Assembly: GCA_049724395.1 (NCBI GenBank)
Contig: JAUGWO010000115.1
Coordinates: forward strand, 62,001-126,000
DNA length: 64,000 nt
Reading direction: 5' to 3'
From: Spongospora subterranea f. sp. subterranea
Taxonomy: Eukaryota
Shown one piece after another: positions 12,707 to 25,302 of this stretch. How positions within the stretch are numbered: position 1 is the stretch's first letter; every line of letters starts with the position of its first letter. Below the pieces are notes generated by a model that saw only the letters and a list, made by a program, of their open reading frames with translations, was not told where the DNA came from and searched no databases. Both the position numbers and the translations under genes were made by a program.

Positions 12707-15037
12707 TCAGAACTGACCATCGACTCCCTTGATTTTATCGACGGCGCGTTGCGACTTGACCAAAACCTCGATTCGCAGATCGGGTCGGCATCCGAGCAGG
12801 GAGCTAAGATCCCGGGCCGTTCGCTCTTTGACCCAATCAATCACGTCACCGCCCTTCCCGATCACCATCTGCTTCAGGCGGGCGTTGGGCACATATAGAA
12901 CCTGATCCACCCGTATTGACCCATCCACATTTCGCCAGATACCATCGTTCCTCTGTTGGAAGGCAACAGCAACACCCATAAATTGAAAACAGGACCACAT
13001 GTGTAAAACAGAGTAAAATAATTGACAGAATCGAAAACAGAGTAAAATAATTGACAGAATCGAAAACAGAGTAAAATTAATTGACAGAATCGAAAGCGAC
13101 AGGAGATTAACAGATATACGAATTGCCACATCAAGTTTGGCATTTGCCACAAATGACATGAATAGCGAAACAAACACGTGATTGAGTGAATCAATGTAGG
13201 ACACAACGGATAGGGAGAGGGAATGCAGTGATTACCAATGAGATCTGGTAGGGTATCTCCTGGTTTAGCCGACAAAACAGCTGCTCGCGAACGATCTCAT
13301 TAATTCGTTCCGTTAGCGATAAATCGGTGACCGTGTCACTGGAATAACGCCAGGCGCCCTCCTGGCAGTTGTCGATCAAATACGACTGAACAGATGAGTT
13401 AATTGCGAATGTGTCACTTGTGCGCCAAGTTCATCGCCATAAAAACTTTCCCTCTTCGAAAAAACAGCAGCAATCACGAATGAACAATGATCGCCGATAC
13501 GACGGTAAATGAAAAGTGAAAACAAAAAGTTCGAAAGCGACACCTGAACAGTCGGAAAAAAAGGACCAGACGAGTAGAATATCAGTTTGTAACATTCTGC
13601 TCGAAGATAAATCACGAAAGCAGTTCGGACGAAGAACGACAAAGAGAGAGAAATCAGACCAGTTCTTACCTTGATATCTGAGACACCATCGTCATTTCTG
13701 GCAGACACCATGAAGGTCTTGTCAAAATCGATGCGTTTATTGAGTTGATCGGCCAGAGGAAGTAGGCGGTTCTTGGGATGCACAAGATCCACCTTGTTCA
13801 ACACCAACGATAGCTTGAAATTGCTTGGCTTATCCAACGAGGCCAACTACCACATCACACCATACATTGATTAGAATTTGGTATAAAGACGATGAACAGG
13901 ACACGAAAATGTGAACAGGGAATTAATGTACATGTTTGCCGGAAACTGTTGGTTTGTTTTAAGGACTTCATGCCAAACAGCAAATTGTAAATATGTAAAA
14001 AGGGATATATTCAGATGAACGACATGGACTTGAATTCAAAAACAAAATAGGGTTATTAATGATAAGGGAAATGTGTTTTAGTAATCCAACCTCTTTAATG
14101 AGATACTCTTCAACAGGGGTAATTTTTTTGGCCGCGTCGATCAACAGCAAAGCTGATACATCAGTTAAAAAGAGTCATAGAGAATAATGTGGGCTACAGC
14201 TCACCGATATCGGCCTCTTGAACCGAATTCCAAGCATCTGTCACCATTTCCCGGTAATATCTATATAATCAATATTAAGTTTGCTGACGATATGATGATA
14301 ATCACTGGCTGAACTACAGTTTGGATTCGGTCGCTGGAACAATTCCAGGAGTGTCAATAAAGACCTAGATGGGAATGAGCAATATTAAGGTGAGGAGCGG
14401 GTTGAGAACTGAAAGGGGAACCAGTACCAGTTGGGTGAGACCTTTAGAATACACGCCCATTATATTAGAACGGGTTGTGTTCCGCTTTGGTGAGATTGCA
14501 GATACCTATCGAGGCGATTAAAGCGATCTGGCGTTATCTAGAGCAATGATCCATTTACCTTATTGCGAATAAGGAGATTCATAAGGGTGCTTTTGCCAGC
14601 GTTGGCGGATCCTAACATGGTAATTGTGGCATTACGTGGCGTTAATCGACGAGGTTTAGGAATCCTATGAAATCACGTATTATTGCTTAGCACAAAACCG
14701 ATGATGATGGGGCCAAGAATTACTCGAAGACTGTCCGAACAATGTCCTTCTCTGAAGGCATAGATGACTCATCATAGGGTAAACGATCTGGAATATGATC
14801 GCAATCCAAGGTAAATCCATCCACCTCAACTATCTTCTCATCGTCATCGTTTGTAATTCTCTGCTGGATATGACTAGAAGCGGATCCTGAAAACGTTCTG
14901 GGCCGTGGCTGAAACCAACGAGAAATTCTGTTGAGATATATGTTTGAAGAGCATGTAGTTGAGATATGACTTGCCGACATGGCCATAACATATGAGGATA
15001 ATTTACTGATGGAAAGGGTCAATGATCTGGTTATCAT
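12707..15037 (-). CDS. ERAL1: Era-like GTPase, probably mitochondrial (ERAL1-like), multi-exon
   Basis: G1 GSANAGKST, G2 SPKRNTTR, G3 DTPG, G4 NKVD, G5 VSA, then EIVREQLF..LNQEIPY and the KH-domain VIGKGG. The Ser/Arg-rich N-terminus resembles a targeting peptide. Confidence 0.93.
13005..13094. repeat. 29-bp tandem repeat x3 inside an Era intron
   Basis: aaaacagagtaaaataattgacagaatcg repeated three times. Confidence 0.9.
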
Positions 15038-15061
15038 GCCGGATTGGCCCTGGTCGTTTAC

Positions 15062-15165
15062 CTTTCTGTTTCACCACAGTCGTGTAAGTCCTGTTCAGTT
15101 TCTGTTTCACCACAGTCGTGTTGGTCCTGTTCCGTTTCTTCACCACAGTCGTGTAGATCCTGTCA
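15062..15165. repeat. ~33-36-bp tandem repeat x3 just upstream of the Era start
   Basis: tttctgtttcaccacagtcgtgt(aag/tgg/aga)tcctgt repeated three times. Confidence 0.85.
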
Positions 15166-15446
15166 GCAGTCAGGGGGTGCCCAGATAACCAACAATAGTC
15201 CGGATGTAATGGAGTCCGGGAAAACTGTAGAAACTGGTCAACATTTCTAGGTAGGTATCGAGCTATTCGGGTCCAATATCAATGGTTTCCACCCTCCTTA
15301 GCATCGATTAGAAACATAATTGATGTCAAGTAATGATGTATTGTGTGGCGTTGATAATTGTTTTTTACACTTGTACATGGAGCCGGGGCCTAACGCATAT
15401 TTCCAGTGTCTGACATCAAGATTGTCTCGGGATACCAGCGTCAACA

Positions 15447-15890
15447 ATGGTCAACAATGGAGTGCCCGAAATGCCTGCCCATGGTCTCTATTTACATTCT
15501 CTGAACCGATTAACGAACTGGGACAAACTCATTGCAACAGCGATTAATTTCGTCAGCCCAGACAGTCTTATCGACAATGTCACGAACGTTGATGATGAGC
15601 AAGAGGTCAATGTTGCAGTACCGATTGCGGCTAATGAGTATCTGGACCGAGTTCATGAATATCTGAAACAGTTGTCGTTCATGACAATTGTGAAAGATTC
15701 TCGTTGGCAATGCCAAACGATCAAGTCGAAACCCGTGGATTTCATAAAAGCTATCAAACGACGACACTGCGCTGGTCGTCTAGCACGGCTGATTCTAATG
15801 CTTCAACGATTGAGAGATGATGTTGACACCTATGGTCGCCTGCTGATCAACAACGTGGAGCTCTTCGACGCGATCAAAGAATTCGATTAG
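15447..15890 (+). CDS. Hypothetical helical protein or gene fragment
   Basis: 147-aa ORF with protein-like composition between divergent genes. No recognisable family; downstream frames are interrupted. Confidence 0.35.
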   Translation: MVNNGVPEMPAHGLYLHSLNRLTNWDKLIATAINFVSPDSLIDNVTNVDDEQEVNVAVPIAANEYLDRVHEYLKQLSFMTIVKDSRWQCQTIKSKPVDFIKAIKRRHCAGRLARLILMLQRLRDDVDTYGRLLINNVELFDAIKEFD

Positions 15891-16795
15891 TTGCTTTCGC
15901 TGATCCAGCTGTTGTTGCAGAGTAGGGTCTGTACTGTTGGACGTGGAGTCGATCGCGTTGAACAAATCAGCAGAGCGACCCTCATCTCTCATGCGACTAA
16001 TCATAAGAATCAACCATGCTAAACGAGCAGCGCATCGCCGTCGCGTCGATAGTTAATAGTTATTGACGTCCGTGAAACCCACGAGTTTCGGAGTTATCGT
16101 TGGCGTTGTCACCGAAGAATTTTCCAACGTAACCGACAGGCAGCAGTGCCTGATAACTCCACCTTGTCTTTGGAAGATATCTTTTCGGAAGAGCGTTGGA
16201 TGGAAAACCAGTTCATGACTTTCTAAACCGTTGTGATTAATACAACGTCCCTGATGCTGTTTTGAGCAGTCCGACACTACTGCTTCTCCATCCAACGCTC
16301 TTTCCGAAAGGATATCAAAGGAGTTATCAGACACTGCTGCCCGTTGGTTCGAGTCATCTGATGTGATGAACCCGACCGTGGTGGCGCCTGTAGGTGCTGT
16401 CTGGCCAGATGGCGTCACACCTGGCAGTCCGCGCAGGTGCCGGCATACCTCGAAGGTTTTACCGTATTACATAAAGAGGATTACCCATTGTCACGACTCA
16501 TCAGGATTGAGAATGCACTCAAAACAAATCCGCCCTGGGCGAACAACTCAACCGTCAAATTACAGATCACATTGACGATAACTCTTTCAATGATTGTTCG
16601 CCCTTTAACACTCATCGCCAATCAACTATGACAGTGTATCTACTGCTGACTGTATTTGACTGAGCGCAACCAATATCCCAGTGATGTGATATTTGACGAG
16701 TTTGTTGATCTGTGTGTTGAGTTGTGTTAACAAAGATCGACGATCATCGATAGGGAGAATTTAACCGCTCTTCCGATAGATAAATGCAGTCTAGG

Positions 16796-18237
16796 ATGGA
16801 CCAAATTCATGATGTCGTCTTACAAGGTTTGGAAAAGAAAGGCGTCCTGGCCAGATTGCAGGTAAAGTTCTATTCATGGTTGTTTGTTTTCCAATCTGTG
16901 TTTTGAATATTTCGGCACGATGAGCGATTTTAGGTCAACAGTTTTCACATTTGTCATAAATTTACCTTTTTTCCTGATCATTAAACACATTTAGAAGAAG
17001 TTTTCGGTCAACGAACTCATTTGTGTCTAGGCTGAACTCAGGGCGGAAGTTTTTCATTATGCCAATAATCACAGCGACAACGCGTTTACAAAGCCGGTTC
17101 AAGACGAGCTCCAGATCGATGGTCCAGTGAAAGAGTCGGTGAATTTGATCATGGAGTTCCTGGCGCATTACGGTCTTGGCCATACATTGTCGGTATTCAA
17201 GACTGAAGGGCGAATTGTGGCCGACGACGTGCGCTCATCAACGTCCATCCCCACATTGGTGACAATTGTCCAGAACTCTTCCGCAAAATCTTTTGACAAA
17301 GAGAATCGCGCGGAAACGACTCAGCCGGGCTCACGAGCAATGGTCCATGACCCATTTCCTCCAATTCTTCAGAAGCCTAGCGACTCCTCCCATTTGGCTG
17401 TGGCGCCTGAACAACAGATCGATAAGATTGACTCATTATTGGCAGAATTAGACCTCAAACAGGCCAATACCCAAAAAGGTTCACGATTTCGCCAACTGTG
17501 TTGTTAAAAGCTGAGGTTTGCTTCTATGCAGCAAAGTTAGAACTGAGCGACTCCCCTGATTCAGACGAAGGGTGAGCCAAATCACGATTATTGTATCATC
17601 GATTGCGTTCACAATTCAGTTTCTAATACTTATTCATTGTTGCTTTCTATAACGCTCAATGTTACGTTGGTCAATCTGACGATTTTTTCCCCAAGGTATG
17701 GAAGCGATGATATCGAATTTAACGATGACGATTTGGGCGAGAGTTTGTACACTCCTCGAAACGCTGACGCCGACAAAGGAATGTCGATGGCAAATGATGA
17801 ACTGTTTCCCGGGTTTTCACAGAAACAAATACCGTTGGACGAAAGGCCACTCGCCAAGTACACAACTGAAAGCGCCTTATCCGACAATGAATCCGAATTT
17901 CGGGACAGTAATCAAATTCAAGAACAGAGTACTCGTTTCGATAGCTACTCATCTAGGCAGGACGATTCATTTGCGTTTAACACGTTGCAATATCAAGAAG
18001 ACGCGTTGTCCATGAGACCATCGCCATCTGTCGATGGGAGTTCTTCCTTTTACCATGCACATGAATCGCGATCTGTCTCCGCACCTGTTGCCGCCAAACT
18101 CGGATCAGACACCCAAGAATGCCAGTCCGCCGTTTGACGACGATGACGTTGAAGTGGAATGCTTCAGCGATGATCCCAGCGCCGACGAGAGTGCCCTCGA
18201 TTCGTTTGACGTTGTCTATGATGTTAAATTAATATGA
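16796..18237 (+). CDS. FGFR1OP/FOP (CEP43/TON1-type) LisH centrosomal protein, multi-exon
   Basis: MDQIHDVVLQGLEKKGVLARLQ|AELRAEVF and LIMEFLAHYGLGHTLSVFKTEG match the FOP N-terminal/LisH motifs. The acidic C-terminus SADESALDSFDVVYDV resembles FOP tails but needs an unresolved frame change between ~18015 and 18137. Confidence 0.75.
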
Positions 18238-18404
18238 TTATCTGAATATGGTCAACATATGCTGGTTCACCCAAAGTTGTGTAGAGAAAGATGATCAGAC
18301 CCATGCAATGTTATCTCATCGTGTTGCCCTTTGTTGGCCACATTCCCTGGCACGTTGCAAATCATTTTCCATTTATTGGTTGCAACGGCTGCTCATTGTT
18401 TATT

Positions 18405-18827
18405 CTATGTGGTGCGTTTCCATGGATGTAGGGAGTAATCGGCGACTTCGAACGTGCTAAAGACGCATTGCTTGACGGGGTAGATGGCTTCCTTGACGCA
18501 AATTGCTGCCTTATTCAGTGGCCAGATCATCAGCGATACGATTAAAGCAGTCGACCTTTCCATGAACTCAATACACGGTCGAAGAATATCTCGAAATAAG
18601 TATATCAGATAGAGAATGCCAATTAGGGTCCCAATAACGATAGCAGCTGTCAGCAATATCTCGTTCTGAGTCGGCCCTCGATTTGTTGTGTTTTCATCGG
18701 GAATATTAGATTCGAATGTAAGCAGGCCGTTGCGGTCCAGCTTTCGGAGGCGGTGATGGATGACTCCATTGACTAAATCGACCAGTAGGAGCGACATTAT
18801 TCTCGGCGGCCACATTTCTCCCCTCAA
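18405..18827 (-). CDS. Small hypothetical membrane protein
   Basis: 140-aa ORF with a clear TM helix ILLTAAIVIGTLIGILYLIYLF; true start probably the internal ATG (MSLLLVD). Confidence 0.5.
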   Translation of the reverse strand: MRGEMWPPRIMSLLLVDLVNGVIHHRLRKLDRNGLLTFESNIPDENTTNRGPTQNEILLTAAIVIGTLIGILYLIYLFRDILRPCIEFMERSTALIVSLMIWPLNKAAICVKEAIYPVKQCVFSTFEVADYSLHPWKRTT

Positions 18828-19813
18828 CCAACGATAATATTTGAGGGGACGGATCGATCACGAGTACCCGACTAGTGTTGGCCAATAGCTATGTGCACTT
18901 CCATCATCACGGCCGCACCATGATCACTGAACGGCTATCCCCAATATTATCATGATCGTGATCCTGTCAACCAGAATATTTGTTCGATTGGCCCGACGGC
19001 AACGACAAATTCTTGAGCTAAATCACACAAACCCGCCCGCCATTGTCAGAACTATGTCTGGAGTTGTCGATAGTAAACAACAACCAAATGTCGTATTTAT
19101 TGGGATCACAGTTGAATCGATGATTCAAGAATGAACAATCTAGAAGATCAGGAACCACCAGGCGACTACTGTACGTCGGAATGATGAAGGCGAAATCGTC
19201 ATGACATGAAATAGGTATAGCGACTATAGAAGTCATGACGGCTTCGCTTCCTTGGTTCCCATAACGGTTCCATGTTGTTAGGACGAGTTGGCCTCCCATT
19301 TTCCGGAGTGATTTACGCTCACGTTCGTTTCTTTGGATCCCAGAACACAACTTTCGTGACGGCAATACCTTGGACAATCCCAGACATAGTATCTGACAAG
19401 AACCCTTCCCCAAATCTTGAAGTTTTAGAATCCATTCGAGTGATATCTGGCCAAAACCCGACCACTTTTCTAGATAATGATCTTGCCATACGGAGCATGT
19501 CTATTGCAGTGCACCGTTTGGTGTTCGGTGACCTTGAACGATCGTTCGACACTTGAGATTTAACCAAACACAATGTATCTACGGTGATATAGCACCCCTT
19601 TCCTGTTCAAAATGAAAATACGAAGCGAATTAAGAGCTTTGAGCTGGCAGTAAATTTTTCTCTTTCAACACATTAATAGTGTAATAATACTGAAATCGAT
19701 ATACACAAATTACAGTTCTGTGAAATTTGGTCGTAATCTATCGATGAACAACATAGTCGACGAGTTCTACAGATAGAATGGGCAATTTTTCGTGTTGAAA
19801 TGATATCAATAAA

Positions 19814-21716
19814 TTATAGTCTCGCTAGAGGTACAGTTGGATCACCAGATGGTCGCACTGTCACGTCAATAGATGGCGCAATGGATGAGGATCGACTCGG
19901 TGCGACAAACGCTAATTGATCATGAAGAATACGGTGTAGATGCGACATGGCTTTGCCTGATGGAATCCAATCCCGGTATGATCGCCGAAGACCTTCAACA
20001 TCGAATCGCTCATCAGCGGCAGCCTGATCCATCATCCAACGCAATCGCGACCTAATGTATCAGGTTTGAAAAAGGAAATGATAGTGGGACAGATCAAACT
20101 GAAACTGACGGATCCGCAAACAACTTGAGCAAATAATTCGCGACGATTGAAATCGAATCAAGAAATAGCCCTTCGATGTTGAACCACACTTTAAAGCAAC
20201 ACCGAAACACAGATACAAAAAACCCCAACTTTCTCGATGACGATTACCTGATAAAGTATGTGTTCAAATCGGAATAATAAAAAGCATCATTCAGATAAAT
20301 GGCCCAATGTGCGCTTGTGTGCTGCGCCAGTGCGGATTCCGCCTGGTCGGTGTTGGATGCCGCCACTGGCGCGCTCAGCACCCATTCTGCAGCCAGATCA
20401 TAAACTCCCCGTTCCTCGTGTATAGTTGTGTGCGAACCGCGTCGATCGAAGAACGACCCTCGATAGAACCCGCTCAGATGCGGTAATAGATCGGACTGTT
20501 CTGAGCGAAGATTTCGCCATTCCAGGCAGAAGGCGACCAGTCGTACCGGAAATCCATCACTCTCATCGGTCGTGTAAATGGCACGTAACAGATTGGGATG
20601 ACTTGTAACAGAATGGATGGCCGACGAGAACAACGGTACGACACTGTCCATATAGGCGCAGATGGCGATAATACGGACTTGGGCGGTCAACAGTCGGGTG
20701 ATGGCGTGTAGAGATCGGGAGGCGACGGCGGCGTATGGGTGGCCCAATGAGAATAGCTCAGTTGTGGCCGGGAACTGATCTGTGGGCAGATCCGGAAATG
20801 GACCATGATGCACACCGGCCATACACAATAGGCCCAAATGACTTTGACGCCCGGGAGCAATCCACCCTTGATCAAGGAGCGCCTCCATTAAAAGACCCGC
20901 CAAAACAACTGACCACAGCAGATTCAGGTAGACAGACAGGAATTGCCTTAGAAAACAATCAAAAAGAGAATGTCTAGCAATTTTCGTCCCATATTATAGC
21001 GCTCTTGGCGCTGAGAAAAAAGACTCAATCAAAAACGGGCTTGTGTGTCATGTACCTCCTTGAGAATGAGCCGCCACTAATAGCGCATCGCATTCCCGGA
21101 TTGATCGTTCATATTCGGGAAGATGCTCCAACAGATAGTCATTCAATCTAAGGACAGTACATGTCAACTTTAGATTTGATATTTGAGAATCACACGCGTT
21201 GGAGATCGAACAAGACATTCCGAATGGTGCTGATAATGAGGTTGAGTACCTTGAATCAACTAAACCGTGCCCAAAAAGGCTGATATGAGTCAGATCGATC
21301 GCGTTTTGATCTGACACGGCCAGACGCTGTCTGACGGCGGCGCCCATCGACCGCGCCAAGCTCATCGACATTGTGGATGGCGACCAGCTGAACATCCTTT
21401 CCCTCCAAGAACCGCCCATCCGTGAATCCCTGAGTTTCATCGTTGAACAGTATAAAACGCCAGAAAAACTCAGAATTAAAGACAAAAAAACAGCCAATGG
21501 TCGCGATAACACAATCTCATGCACTTTTATCAACTCAACAAAAACAAGGAGAACCAGCTTCAAAAAATATACTGAGACTACGAAAATCAATGAACACGGA
21601 TCAACCTGAAAGCCTAACAATGACAAACACACCATAATTGTTGCAGACAAAAATATACGAACCGATAACGAGAACTTTTCGAATGGGGCGCGGAGACGGG
21701 GATCGGAACGGCCCAA
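19814..21716 (-). CDS. YML020W-like alpha/beta-hydrolase-fold protein, multi-exon
   Basis: ISLFGHGLVDSR, nucleophile-elbow LVAAHSQGG, LLCMAGVHHGPF, VVPLFSS..HPNLLRAIY and GSHTTIHEERGVYDLA follow the order of motifs I recall from fungal YML020W-like proteins. Start uncertain. Confidence 0.65.
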
Positions 21717-22507
21717 TCGACAGCAGATAGGTTTGAAGGCGGGCGATTACTGAATCGGATTGCACAACAGGACGAGCGCTGTGATTTACTGGGGGTTATT
21801 TTTTTTTCAAACACGATGACGATGTGGTATTGTACGGTTGGCGGCGATATCCCGGGGCTATCAAACGCGATCGGGGTCGTAAGCGAACAGACAACGCCTC
21901 CCCAGACACCATTTAAATCCTGGAAGTTCTGGAGAGATGGCTGCAAGAGGGGTTAGCGGTGGGAGCGCATCCTGAGAACTGGGGATGGGATGGCGACAAA
22001 ATGGAGCGCGGACTCCCACTCCCCCACCGGTGACCATCTCCAACACCATTACATTGGGGGAGAAACCGATCAACCCGATTCGGTTTATTCCTCTGGATAT
22101 CACCCCAATCTCCCGTGTTTGTGCTGAAAAATGTGCTGAGATGTGAGCCCAATGCCGACCCTAGTTTAGTTGACGCCAATATCGGGAATCCAATGACCCC
22201 ATTCAACTCGGCCACTTTACTCGATTTCTCACCCGGCACCCACCGCTGAAAAAATGATTAATATCACGCTGAAAACGTTTTCTTGTCGGAATCCCATCGG
22301 TATCAACTTCCGAAATTGATCATATTTTATTCATTGACGAAGACGAGGGAGCAGCAGATAAATGCTTTTGTGAACCAGTGTTTGAAGCGTGTCTTTTTGG
22401 GATCTCGTTAAAGCGGCCTGCATATATCAACAACACAGCATCAACAAGCTCTCGACATGGTTGCACCCTGACGGCGCCCAGAGAACACAATCGGCAAGAA
22501 CATCAAC

Positions 22508-22923
22508 TGTAGCGGGAACCGGAACCTGTTTCTCGACGAATTGTGTCAGGGGTCGTGACGCAACGGCGAGGGGGTGGCGAAATTTGTATTCTTCTGATGA
22601 GAAAGCCATCGTTGTTCTAGGCAATCAGGACTTTATTAGAACTTGAACGCAAGACGAGATATATTCCGTCACATTACAACGATGCCGAATGAAGCCGACA
22701 ACAGGCGCCGACAAAACCGGTGTCAGGAAATGTGACGGAATATATCTCGTCTTGCGTTCAAGTTCTGATAAAGTCCTGCTTGCCTAGAACAACGATGACT
22801 TCCTATATCTAAGGTGATAATCTAACTGTCTCATCAGAAGAATACAAATTTCGCCACCCCCTCGCCGTTGCGTCACAACCCGTGACACGGATCGTCGAGA
22901 AACAGGTTCCGGTTCCCGCTACA
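22508..22923. mobile_element. 416-bp MITE/foldback element with TGT...ACA termini and 4-bp TSD (Ginger-type ends)
   Basis: Arms ~22508-22675 and ~22729-22923 are reverse complements (right arm has a ~27-bp extra segment). Flanked by CAAC at 22504-22507 and 22924-22927. Confidence 0.85.
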
Positions 22924-23753
22924 CAACCACAAACCTCGACAGATAATTATGCAGAACTGAAATGATTAAGAAGGTACCTCTATGTTTTACATATGTCACT
23001 CCGTTCTCAGATTCTGTCGACCAATGCGCCATCAGAAAACAGAGCGATACTTGCGTTGTGTTTGATATTTTACGTTTGCTTATCGCTGCGACAAACGAGC
23101 AGGGTCTCGACCGTTGCATTCGTATTGCCCACACCTGGAGTGCCTTTTCTGAGTCTTTTTGTGGTTTCACTCTGTTAGGGGAATGTATTTCATTACGCGG
23201 CTCAATCTGGTCACGCCCTGCGATGGGTCGCTATTTCTTTTTGCAAACAAGGCTGTCACAAACCCCAGACTATGCACAGAAGAGCCCGTGCGAACACGTT
23301 TTCGCATTATGTCAAATTTTTGATCGTGAATTTATCGTTCGTGGATTCTGTCAATATTCCGATAAAAAATCAACAGTTTTTCGAATCGGCGTATCGAACT
23401 AACCTTAATCCAGGCGGACGTGCCGGGAAAGGATACTTCAATACCATATCTGCGTTCATTGAAAGCAAATATCGTTTTACTCCCAAGCGATACAGGGTTG
23501 GGTTAAGAATTGCTTCTTATGATGATACTGAGATCGCTGTTCAGGCCAACTATTTGGCTTCGTTCTGCCCATTATTACCTAAGTCGCGGTGGGTATGCGG
23601 AATATCCCGATTTCAGAAATGGATTTTTGCGATCAAATTACGTCGTTGGAGCATTTTCGTATATTGGTTATCAAGGCGCTGCATGATCCTAGTGAAAATA
23701 ACGTCAAGGCGACGGCGCAAAGAAATATCACTTTCATGATCTAGCGGTTACTA

Positions 23754-24002
23754 TTGCCTGTTCGATAGGGTTCCTGTAGTGCCCGACCAAAGTGTCTCTC
23801 TTGTACCGTTTTTGTTCATTCTCTCTTTTTTGGTATCTAATACATGGATCCACTTTCACCGAAAAAAGATGTGGTATATTGGGGAAAGGTGGAGAATCGG
23901 TGGAAGTGGATGAGTGTATTAGATGCCAAAAAGAGAGAATGAACAAAAGGATCAAACGGTACAAGAGAGGACACTACGACAGGAACCCTATCGAACAGGC
24001 AA
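23754..24002. repeat. ~250-bp imperfect hairpin (foldback)
   Basis: ttgcctgttcgatagggttcctgt...atccactttcaccga pairs with tcggtggaagtggat...acaggaaccctatcgaacaggcaa, leaving a ~30-nt loop. No TSD found. Confidence 0.8.
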
Positions 24003-24560
24003 GGGAAAGCGCTACATCACGAAAGTGATGTTTCTTGCGCCGTCGCTCGTCCTCGATGGAATTATTCCAGAAACAAATGGTTTGACGGAAAAGCGGGGAA
24101 TCTGGCCGTTTGTCCAACAGGAGCCGGCAAAGCGTTCCAGTAAAGTAGATTTAGCTGGAACTATGGAGACAAAGAACACGAACGTGGACAAACGTGAGTA
24201 TCGAAAAAAGATCATTGAGAAAGTATTTCGATCGAAGCGAAATGGTCCCGATCAAATATGGACACCCAATTTTGATGCAACAAGTCAATGCAGAACCTCA
24301 TATCGATCCGCTCGACGGTGAATTCGTTGTAGCCGTTCAAGAAACGTTCAGAATGCTGTATCCGAGGGATTGACGAGCTCATTGCCCCTGTCGACGCTGC
24401 ATTCAAAGAACTGTCAAATGCAAACCCTAAACAACTTTTTATCGCACCAACAACGCATGATCGAAACGATGAAAACCAAAGGAGGCAACGGATACCGATT
24501 GCCTTATATTGGGCAAGGATCGACTGGAGCGCGCTGGGGAGCTCCCAGTTTATTTGATTT
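24003..24560 (+). pseudogene. Tc1/mariner (plant-mariner/DD39D-type) transposase relic
   Basis: KRYITKVMFLA, GIWPFVQQEPAKRSS..AGTMETK, ILMQQVNAEPH (QQDNA.PH) and TLNNFL..MIETMKTKGGNGYRLP; frameshifted and internally deleted. Confidence 0.85.
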
Positions 24561-24664
24561 GTGATCTGACACTTTTTAAAGAGACAGTTGAAATCGTTAA
24601 TGCCGCCGAAAACAAGAACGTTGATTGAAATGCAAAGACTTATACCGATATTATATACAACGTA

Positions 24665-24778
24665 CGACCATTCTGAAACCGCTGCGACGAACTCGCCGTC
24701 GAGCGAATCAAAATGAGGTTTTGCATTATCTCGTTGTATTAAAAAGGGTGGCCAATATTTGATCGGGACCATCTCGTT
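24665..24778 (-). pseudogene. Inverted second fragment of the same mariner transposase
   Basis: LIQRDNAKPHFDSLDGEFVAAV; reverse-complement homologue of ~24238-24345. Confidence 0.8.
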
Positions 24779-25043
24779 TTGATTGGATGAACAGTATTCA
24801 AAAGGACACTTAACAGTGAACAACTGGCCACGACACTTATCTGTGGACAGAGGGGCTACTTCCTACCAAACCTAGGGGTTTGACCGGTCGCCAGCAATTT
24901 TTTTTTTCGGGCCAGGTCCGTCTCAAGAAGTGTGGCGTCCTGGCGCCGGCCACCTGCTTAAACGAGTGGACCATGGTCCTTTTTAAATGACGAATGCTAT
25001 GTCGTCCCCTCTGAACAATATTTCCGATTTCATATCACAGTTT

Positions 25044-25208
25044 GACAGTCCGCAGCTCCGCAGCTTCCTACAATCCTCATAGTCATAGTGGGGTACACTA
25101 CAAGGGCCGCGCGCTACTGTAGACAGACAGTCCGCAGACTCCGCAGCTTCCTACGATCCTCATAGTCATCATAGTGGGGTCCACTACAAGGGCCGCGCGC
25201 TACTGTAG
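25044..25208. repeat. ~82-bp direct duplication upstream of the REEP gene
   Basis: gacagtccgcag..ctccgcagcttcctac..tagtggggt.cactacaagggccgcgcgctactgtag occurs twice. Confidence 0.85.
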
Positions 25209-25302
25209 TGCTGTATGAACATTGAACATGCGGACTGCAGTGTATGAACATCTCACTTTACTGCTTTATTCGCCGTAATAACCAACAGCGTTTGGATTGG
25301 CA

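Noticed and set aside
18015..18137. Programmed frameshift in the FOP-like gene
   Set aside because: No slippery-site evidence; an unrecognised intron or indel error is more parsimonious given the other indels in this window.
9947..18237. Functional cluster of basal-body genes (BBOF1-like, FOP-like)
   Set aside because: Only two genes, separated by unrelated ones; expected by chance in a flagellate genome.
18952..19573. Overlapping short ORFs as a gene
   Set aside because: No consistent spliced frame or family motif could be built.
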